Below are positions 42,793 through 44,084 of a stretch of 44,084 nt of DNA, piece after piece. The stretch is from a bacterium (GTDB taxonomy: Bacteria > Bacillota > Clostridia > Christensenellales > CAG-917), in NCBI GenBank assembly GCA_963620965.1, contig CAVFCJ010000001.1:1-44084 (forward strand), read 5' to 3'. The translations under genes and the position numbers were made by a program. Below the pieces are notes generated by a model. The model was not told the origin of the DNA. It did not search any database and saw only the letters and a program-made list of their open reading frames with translations. Each line of letters begins with the position of its first letter. Positions within the stretch are counted from its first letter, which is position 1.

Positions 42793-43848
42793 ATGCAATC
42801 GAACGTACAAAAAAATCCGCTCGTCTCGGACGATGCGCAAATCACCCTCCTTCCCAAAAGAACACGCAATCGAATTTGGGAAATCGACTTTTTGCGAGGC
42901 ATTTGCGTATTACTTATGATTCTCGACCATTTGGCAATTCTTGTCGGGCCGTATTTTGGCACGCAGTGGTACGGATACGGATTCGTTCGCAGAAGCGTCG
43001 GTGACGCTTTCACGACTTTTTGCTACAACTGGGTGAGCGGAAGCGCAAGCGGCGTAAGAGATATAATCCACCCCATAGTTTTGTTCGTTTTCTTTTCAAT
43101 TTCGGGTATATCCTGCACATTTTCACGCAACAACGCAAAGCGCGGCGCACAACTGCTCGTCATTGCTTTGATTTACACGCTCGGCTCGTACATAGCGCAA
43201 TATCAAATGGGTATCGACGGTGTTTTCGTAGCGTTCGGCGTGCTCGATTTCCTCGCTTTTTCTATGCTCTTGTACGCACTTATATCCTTTGTGGTGCGCG
43301 ACAACAGATGGGCGATGGTCGGCGCAAGTATTGCGCTTATAATTGTCACGCTGTGTCTGTATTTTTGCTACACGCCGCCCGAAACCACGCCAAAAATATT
43401 CGCCATCGTGTTTCCGCCTAACGACTTTTGGGGCAACTCGTCGCTATTCTATTCGCAAACCGAGTTCTCACCGGGGGATTTGTTTACGCTCATACCCTAC
43501 ACCGCCTTCTATTTCGCAGGCGTGCTGATAGGCGAATTGTTCTACTATGAACGCCTGTCCCTCGTGCGTTTTGAACTTACAAAAGCACTCTACAAAAAAA
43601 CTTGCGACGCACTTTATGCAAACGTCGAAAGCGAAAAGAAATCTCTGCGAGATTTTTCCATAAATACCCTCAATTTTATGCTCGGTGCAGGCAAGGTCAC
43701 TACGGCGATTGCCAAATGGATAGAAAAGGCGGTTTGCTTCTTCGGCAAGCATGCGCTCATAGTCTATGTCGTCCACGTCGTCCTTCTCGCCGTCCTTTTG
43801 AGCCTCATAAGCGGCTTGTTTATCACCCCCGGGAACTTTGGAATTTAG
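42793..43848 (+). CDS. DUF1624 / heparan-alpha-glucosaminide N-acetyltransferase-like polytopic membrane protein
   Basis: RIWEIDFLRGICVLLMILDH N-terminal motif and multiple TM helices. Start at ATG 42793 (MQSNVQKN...) rather than the track start at 42718. Confidence 0.75.
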   Translation: MQSNVQKNPLVSDDAQITLLPKRTRNRIWEIDFLRGICVLLMILDHLAILVGPYFGTQWYGYGFVRRSVGDAFTTFCYNWVSGSASGVRDIIHPIVLFVFFSISGISCTFSRNNAKRGAQLLVIALIYTLGSYIAQYQMGIDGVFVAFGVLDFLAFSMLLYALISFVVRDNRWAMVGASIALIIVTLCLYFCYTPPETTPKIFAIVFPPNDFWGNSSLFYSQTEFSPGDLFTLIPYTAFYFAGVLIGELFYYERLSLVRFELTKALYKKTCDALYANVESEKKSLRDFSINTLNFMLGAGKVTTAIAKWIEKAVCFFGKHALIVYVVHVVLLAVLLSLISGLFITPGNFGI

Positions 43849-43869
43849 TTTTTCCCGTAGGGGAAAAAA
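43849..43869 (+). terminator. Hairpin immediately after the DUF1624 stop
   Basis: tttttccc-gta-ggggaaaaaa. Short GC core with T/A flanks and no clear U tail on the plus strand. Confidence 0.35.
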
Positions 43870-43898
43870 TTGATAATTAATAATGAATAATTAATAAT
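43870..43898 (+). promoter_or_regulatory. Putative promoter for ncRNA copy 2
   Basis: TTGATA-N17-AATAAT in an AT-rich tract, with the same -10 hexamer as upstream of copy 1. Tentative. Confidence 0.3.
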
Positions 43899-43899
43899 T

Positions 43900-44084
43900 G
43901 CGGAAGGCGAAGCCTTAATCCGAACACTTATTCGGAGGCTACTCATACACGGAATCTGCTCGTTCAAAGACGAGATGAAAACCGCCGTCCGCGAACTTGC
44001 AGAGCGGACTTTTTTAACGCAAACTCATTCGAAGCGTACTTATTAACGGTATGTGCTAATTCGCAGACGGAACACGAGCCGCAA
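43900..44084 (+). ncRNA. Candidate large structured ncRNA, copy 2 (partial, runs off the window edge)
   Basis: 43927..43955 matches the reverse complement of 3714..3742 at 25/29 positions. 44058..44084 matches the reverse complement of 3682..3708 at 27/27. Hairpins aaggc-gaa-gcctt, ccgaa-cactta-ttcgg, ctcgt-tcaaag-acgag and gtccgc-N11-gcggac. No ORF. Confidence 0.4.

Noticed and set aside
42521-42919. Small plus-strand ORFs in the divergent intergenic region (42521..42919 and 42552..42761).
   Set aside because: They are Phe-rich translations of T-tracts with no RBS. They overlap the DUF1624 promoter and start in the wrong frame.
3682-44084. Inverted copies at 3.7 kb and 44 kb acting as the ends of a composite transposon or invertible 40-kb segment.
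   Set aside because: Identity is limited to blocks of 27-29 nt. No transposase or recombinase is present, and the enclosed DNA carries core housekeeping genes (metG, rsmA, tatD). A repeated ncRNA gene is the simpler explanation.

Overview
This is a chromosomal segment, probably from a spore-forming Bacillota/Clostridia-like anaerobe. That placement is an inference from metG-tatD-rsmA synteny, spmA/spmB, sigma-A-type promoters and a classic lipobox. Ordinary genes flank the centre: a 5'-truncated P-type Ca2+-ATPase-like pump, a type-B carboxylesterase, DUF2804, trmO, an EamA transporter, rsmA, a TatD-associated radical SAM protein, tatD, metG, spmAB, DUF1858 and an SPFH/zinc-ribbon membrane operon. 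About 60% of the window is one uninterrupted 26.5-kb minus-strand gene (15812..42289). It has a perfect consensus promoter and its own intrinsic terminator. It encodes a lipoprotein of about 8,825 aa with three zones: a lipobox signal peptide, at least 14 long degenerate modules (about 6,200 aa) separated by Ala/Asp/Ser/Thr-rich acidic linkers, and about 2,300 aa of Ig-like repeats carrying a Big_4-like LPxxVxVxxxxGxxxxVxVxW signature. I recognise no characterised family in the module zone, so this gene is the best candidate for something undescribed. The second notable item is a roughly 400-600-nt ORF-free, hairpin-rich region (3355..4002, minus strand). It has a homologous, oppositely oriented partial copy at the right window edge (about 43900..44084, plus strand), with one compensatory-looking helix change and a roughly 100-nt variable insertion. 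This fits a multi-copy large structured ncRNA of unidentified family. No CRISPR array, transposase, tRNA or rRNA was seen. All family assignments rest on motifs read by eye, with no database search.
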